A stretch of 64,000 bases of DNA from an uncultured bacterium (GTDB taxonomy: Bacteria; Planctomycetota; UBA1135; GCA-002686595). Made by a program: the position numbers and the translations under genes. Of the stretch, positions 59,720 to 64,000 are shown in pieces (position 1 is the stretch's first letter; the number at the start of each line of letters is the position of its first letter). The notes under the pieces are model-generated. The model made no database searches. It was not told where the DNA came from and worked only from the letters and a program-made list of their open reading frames with translations. The stretch spans positions 64,001-128,000 of the forward strand of contig CALSNU010000003.1 in NCBI GenBank assembly GCA_943787795.1, given 5' to 3'.

Positions 59720-60853
59720 TTGGCCTATTCACCGATCGATCCCCAGGCGCTCGCCCGCCGCACCGGCTCCTGGCTCAGCAGCGAGGGGCCGGAGTCCGAT
59801 GTGGTGGTGTCCAGCCGCGTGCGTCTCGCTCGAAACGTCGAGGGAGCGCCATTCATGTCGCGGATCTCGGGCGAACAGGCCGAGGAGCTCAGCCAGACGC
59901 TCCGCGGAGCGCTGGTCGAGGCCAGCATCGACGGGGAGACGCGCTGGGTCACCATGACCGAGGCGCCCGCGGTGCTCCGTCTCCTGCTGCTGGAGCGCAA
60001 CCTCATCAGCCGGGACCTCCTGCCCCGGGACGAGCACTCCTCGGCCCCGGGAAGGGCCATGGCCTTCGGAGAGTCTGAGACGGTCTCCGTCATGGTGAAC
60101 GAGGAGGACCACGTCCGCCTGCAGGCTATGGCTGCGGGCCTCGACCTCGAGCTCGCCTGGGAGCGCGCCGAGGCTCTCGATCGCTTCCTGGAGGACCGGG
60201 TGCCCTTCGCCACCTCGGACCGGCTGGGCTACCTGACGGGCTGCCCGACCAACGTGGGGACAGGGCTCCGCGCCTCGGTGATGCTGCACCTCCCGGCGCT
60301 CGGGATGGTTCGCCAGGAGCTCGACAAGGTCTTCGCCGCCGCCCAGCGCACCGGGCTCGCGGTGCGCGGCATGCATGGCGAGGGCAGCCGCGCCGCCGGC
60401 GACCTCTACCAGATCAGCAACCAGGTGACCCTGGGACGAAGTGAGGCCGAGCTGATCGGCGATCTGCGGGCGCTCGTGCCAGAGATCGTTCGCTTCGAGC
60501 GGCGCATGCGGGACGCGCTGGTGAGCGAGATGCGTCAGGCGCTCGTCGATCGCATCGCGCAGTCCTTCGGGACCCTGCGCACCTCGCGGGCCATGCCCAC
60601 CGAGGCCGCGCTTGCGCACCTCTCCTCCGTCCGCCTCGGCCTGCACACGGGGATCTTTGGCGGCGCCCGCATGGAGACGCTCAACGAGCTGGCGCTGCAT
60701 GTTCAGCGAGGTCACATCCAGATCCTCGCCTCCACAGGCGATGCCGAGGACCTCCTGGACACCTCCGAGCGAGACAAGCTGAGGGCGAGCTACCTGCGCC
60801 AGCGCCTCGCGGGCGTGAAGCCGTCTGGAACGGACGACGCGCCCGCAGGGTAG
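59720..60853 (+). CDS. mcsB: Protein arginine kinase McsB (ATP:guanido phosphotransferase)
   Basis: VVSSRVRLARN, L.ER.LIS, MVNEEDH.R.Q, GYLT.CPTNVGTGLRASVMLHLPAL, VRG..GEGS, YQISNQ.TLG, R...RA..LR; TTG start. Confidence 0.93.
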   Translation: MAYSPIDPQALARRTGSWLSSEGPESDVVVSSRVRLARNVEGAPFMSRISGEQAEELSQTLRGALVEASIDGETRWVTMTEAPAVLRLLLLERNLISRDLLPRDEHSSAPGRAMAFGESETVSVMVNEEDHVRLQAMAAGLDLELAWERAEALDRFLEDRVPFATSDRLGYLTGCPTNVGTGLRASVMLHLPALGMVRQELDKVFAAAQRTGLAVRGMHGEGSRAAGDLYQISNQVTLGRSEAELIGDLRALVPEIVRFERRMRDALVSEMRQALVDRIAQSFGTLRTSRAMPTEAALAHLSSVRLGLHTGIFGGARMETLNELALHVQRGHIQILASTGDAEDLLDTSERDKLRASYLRQRLAGVKPSGTDDAPAG

Positions 60854-60891
60854 AGGACCCTGCGGACGCGCCGTTAGAGTGGGGCGGAGGC

Positions 60892-62377
60892 TCAGTCCTC
60901 GAACTCGTCGAAGGACGGACGGTCCGAGGGGATCTCGAACTCCTCGACCTCGCCGAAGCTCATGCGGAGGGTGCCGTCCTTCTCGATGATGGCTACCGAT
61001 CCGGGCTGCATCTGCAGGTCCAGCTTGGGCGTGAAGCACCAGCGCGGCTGGCTGGCGGTGCCGCTGACGATGATCTTGCAGCGGCCCTTGTCCGAGGATG
61101 CGGTACTCGACGTCACTGCTCCGCTCAGCCACCACGCACCCGGCGTGATTCAACTCGTCCATGGTGAAGCCGCGCCATTCGACCGGGGTGAACACTGCAG
61201 GCTCAGGCTCGGGCTCAGGCTCGGGCTCGGGCGCCACCTCCGGGCTGGGTCCCGGGTCCGGAATGGGGTTGGGCTGGGCCTTGCTCGGGCCGGGCTCAGC
61301 CTGGGCCATTTCGGCCGGGGCCATTTCGATCGGGGCCGGCTCGGTGACGTTGATCTCAACGATCTCGGGCGCAGCGATCATGGGCTCGACGGCGTCGTCC
61401 GGGTCGCTGGTGGCGACCGCCGGGGCAGGCTCCATCTCGACGGTGAGGGGGCCCGGCGTGACGGGCGCCTGACCCATCGTGGCTTCGTCCTCGTCGTAGG
61501 GCTCGAGGCCCTCCTGGCACATGGCGCTCTCCTCATCCTCGGGGAACTCCGAGAGGCGGGTGGTCTGCCGCTCGACCTCGCAGTTCTCCTCGAACTCAGG
61601 CATCACCGTCACGGTCTGGCCGCCGGCCGGGACCGAGGCGCTCGTGGCGTCGTTGCTCTGCATCGGGTCAACGCTCAGGCGAACCTCTGCAGGATGGCCA
61701 GGTCCGACCTCGGGGCTCCAGGGCCACGCGATCTGCTCACCGGTGGTGGACCAGCTTCCGCTGGGCTCACCCTTGGCGACGGGGGCGTTCATGAAGCGCG
61801 GGCGATCGAGCCGAACGCTGGACCCCGGCAGGACCTGAAGCGGCGGCAAGGTGGAGCGGCTGGTGCCTTCCCACTGGAGGGAGACCGGCTCACCCGCCTG
61901 GAGGCGGAGCTCACAGGGGCCACCGGTGATGCCTCGGATGTGGAACGCGCTGCGGCCGAAGGTGCCGCTCCATTCGGACGGAAGGAACAGCTCATGCTGC
62001 CCCTCGCGGCACTCGAAGTCGGCCCAGGCAAGCTCGTGGAACTTCAACCCGATCGTCGAGTCCTGGCTGTCCCACTCGATGGATGAGGGGCCGTAGATCC
62101 GCACGCTGCAGGTCCCGGGCCAGGAGATCCTCGCCTCGCTGCCTGTGGGGATCTCGAGCTGGGAGCGACCGACGGTGCCTTCACGGTCACCCTTGCGGAT
62201 GGTCTGGCATCCCGTGTCGCTGCTGATGAGCACCGCGCGACCGTGGGTCACCTCGACCTTCGCCGTGTTGTGCTGGTTGAAGGGGGCCGGGGCCTGCGCG
62301 CTGGTCGCGCCAGCCGGCACGGACAGGATCGCAGCGATCGCCGCTACTGCGGTCGATCGGAGGGAATAATGGAGCAT
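60892..62377 (-). pseudogene. Secreted FecR-like/acidic protein gene with a one-base frameshift near 61090 (real or sequencing error)
   Basis: Span of 1486 bp is 3n+1; first frame reads ...VEYRIL then loses coding character; the shifted frame continues DKGRCKIIV...FDEFED-stop at 60892. Confidence 0.75.
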
Positions 62378-62578
62378 GGGTGGAAGCGGTGGATATCGAA
62401 GGGCGGTGGGGCTCCCGGTGGCGGAGCGATGCTCGCGGCGCCACCGATGGGCAGGCTTTGGGCCCCGTTCATTTGCGATATCGTCGAGCCGCTCGGGCCA
62501 AGTTGAGTCAGACCGGTGCGCGAGGTTCGGTTCGGGTCGAGTTGACCCGAACCGGGATTCAGCCCGCCTCGGCGGGCC

Positions 62579-63211
62579 TCAAGCGCTACGTCGGAGGACC
62601 GTCTGATCGCGGGCGATCCACTTGATCGCACCCGCGGCGCTCTCGGTGGTCATGTCGGGATCCACGTGAAAGGCGGCGTCCTTCAGGCTATTGCCGGTCC
62701 GGACTCCTGCGGTGCAGCAGCCGGCACGCCAGCCCGCGACCAGCTCGGTGGTGCTGTCGCCGATGACCCAGGACAGGGACAGCGAGAGCCCCTCCGCCTG
62801 GGCGGCGTGGTGCATGGCGCCGGTTCCCGGGAGCTGATACACCGAGTCACGGTCCTGCCCCTTCACGCCCTCGGGGTGGCTGGTGCAGGAGTAGTCGCGC
62901 CGGACCGGGATGCCCTCCGACTTCAGTCGCGCGACGAGGCCGTCACGGAACCGATCCCACTGGGCCTGGGTCTGCTTACCGAAGGCGACGGTGTCGACGT
63001 TGCCGATGAGGTACAGCTGCCAGCCGGCCTGGGTGGCGCGGAACAGGGAGTCGAGGACGCCGTCGTAGAAGCTCGACTTCCCGATCGACTTGAAGCGGCC
63101 GCCGGGCCCGGGCTCGACGAGCGTCCCGAGGACGTCGAGGAAGATGCCGCGGGGCGGAGGGCCCCAGCCACCAGCGGGGGATTGACCAGAGAGACTGTGG
63201 AGAGCAGACAT
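62579..63211 (-). CDS. HAD-IIIA / GmhB-like protein with degenerate catalytic motifs
   Basis: IFLDVLGTL (cf. DxDGT), C..HP, P..G.., SWVIGD.....AG..AG. Confidence 0.8.
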   Translation of the reverse strand: MSALHSLSGQSPAGGWGPPPRGIFLDVLGTLVEPGPGGRFKSIGKSSFYDGVLDSLFRATQAGWQLYLIGNVDTVAFGKQTQAQWDRFRDGLVARLKSEGIPVRRDYSCTSHPEGVKGQDRDSVYQLPGTGAMHHAAQAEGLSLSLSWVIGDSTTELVAGWRAGCCTAGVRTGNSLKDAAFHVDPDMTTESAAGAIKWIARDQTVLRRSA

Positions 63212-63532
63212 TCAGAAAGTGGACGGGGGATCCGGAGAGGACAAAGGGGAGGGGAGCGCCGCGCGTTCCCGTGCCCAGAGGAGGTTTCGGATGTTCGAGG
63301 CTCGAATTGAGGCGAAAAAAAGGACCGATTCCGCGGCTTGCGAACCGGGGAGATCGGTCTCGACGCTCGCTCCGGCTCCTCCTCCTGCACGCGGAGCTTC
63401 GAACCGCATTTATCGACCGCACCCAGGGCCTCGCGCGGCCGGTCCCCATTGGGAGACGGCCGCACGAACGGCGGCAACCAGATCAGGTTCGCGGGTCCGT
63501 GTCGTCGAAGATCCCCGTGAGAAACCGCCTCC

Positions 63533-64000
63533 ATGTCGCTCCGAATCGCCCTCGTCCTGAATCCGCTGACCCTCCGCCGAATGGGCGGAGAACACGCGCC
63601 GTTCCTCGCCCGTGAACTCCTGGGGAAGGGGCACGCGGTCCGGGCCTTCGGCGACGTGGCGGGAGACATCCCGCAGTCCGGCTTTGACGAGGAGGCGGGG
63701 GAGGGCGCGGCGCCGCTGGAGCGGATCGGCCTCCGGGGGTTCGACCCGGACGTCATCATTGCATACGACGGCCACTCGCCCGCTGCGTGGCGCGGCGCAC
63801 GGGCGGCGCGCGAGCTGAAGGTGCCGCTCGTGCTCGTGGAGGCCGGCTTCCCTGCATACGGTCAACCGGTCGAGCGCGCGCTCCGCTGGATCGGGCGAGT
63901 GCTCTGGGGTCGCCTCGTGCGGCGTACCGTGGCCCGAGTCGTGGCGCTGGATCACGCAGCAGAGCAACAGGCCGGGGAGCGGGGCTTCCGGGCAAGTGTC
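63533..64000 (+). CDS. Glycosyltransferase family 4-like protein, N-terminal part (runs off window)
   Basis: Not in ORF track; MSLRIALV.....GGE....LARELL.KGH.V; F.PDVIIA; AARELKVPLV; VVAL. Confidence 0.75.
   Translation, partial: MSLRIALVLNPLTLRRMGGEHAPFLARELLGKGHAVRAFGDVAGDIPQSGFDEEAGEGAAPLERIGLRGFDPDVIIAYDGHSPAAWRGARAARELKVPLVLVEAGFPAYGQPVERALRWIGRVLWGRLVRRTVARVVALDHAAEQQAGERGFRASV

Noticed and set aside
51523..60853. Arginase and arginine kinase as one arginine pathway cluster
   Set aside because: The genes are 7 kb apart with unrelated genes between, and McsB acts on protein arginines rather than free arginine.
59729..60891. C-terminal part of the 882-aa minus-strand ORF as an overlapping gene
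   Set aside because: Arises from the frameshift near 61090 and is antisense to mcsB.

Overview
GC-rich bacterial chromosomal window. The gene set (paired PilB-PilT-PilB-PilC cluster, ECF sigma next to a Ser/Thr kinase, HEAT-repeat and DUF1573 proteins, membrane-anchored HTH protein) suggests a Planctomycetota genome, probably a deep-branching lineage; this taxonomy is inference. About 45 CDS can be supported. They include a GH16 beta-glucanase plus sugar porter, a radical SAM/SPASM enzyme, a Ski2/HelY-like helicase, rplM-rpsI-yebC, a type IV pilus/T2SS ATPase-platform cluster, two CNNM proteins, yajC, mnmA, a phosphohexomutase, arginase, two ECF modules, an SLC13 permease, an orphan mcsB and the start of a glycosyltransferase. 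No rRNA, tRNA, CRISPR array or transposase was recognised. Main points of interest: (1) two unrelated secreted proteins about 10 kb apart end in the same ungapped 141-aa C-terminal domain (83/141 identical by hand count), a candidate lineage-specific sorting or anchoring domain; (2) an ECF sigma fused to a zinc-finger anti-sigma-like tail and translationally coupled to a membrane Ser/Thr kinase; (3) a sigma/anti-sigma/secretin-like trio; (4) an FtsQ-like gene outside any dcw cluster; (5) three apparent pseudo-enzymes; (6) a high density of unrelated short tandem repeats, with 12-bp units inside genes and mixed unit lengths between them; (7) a one-base frameshift near 61090.
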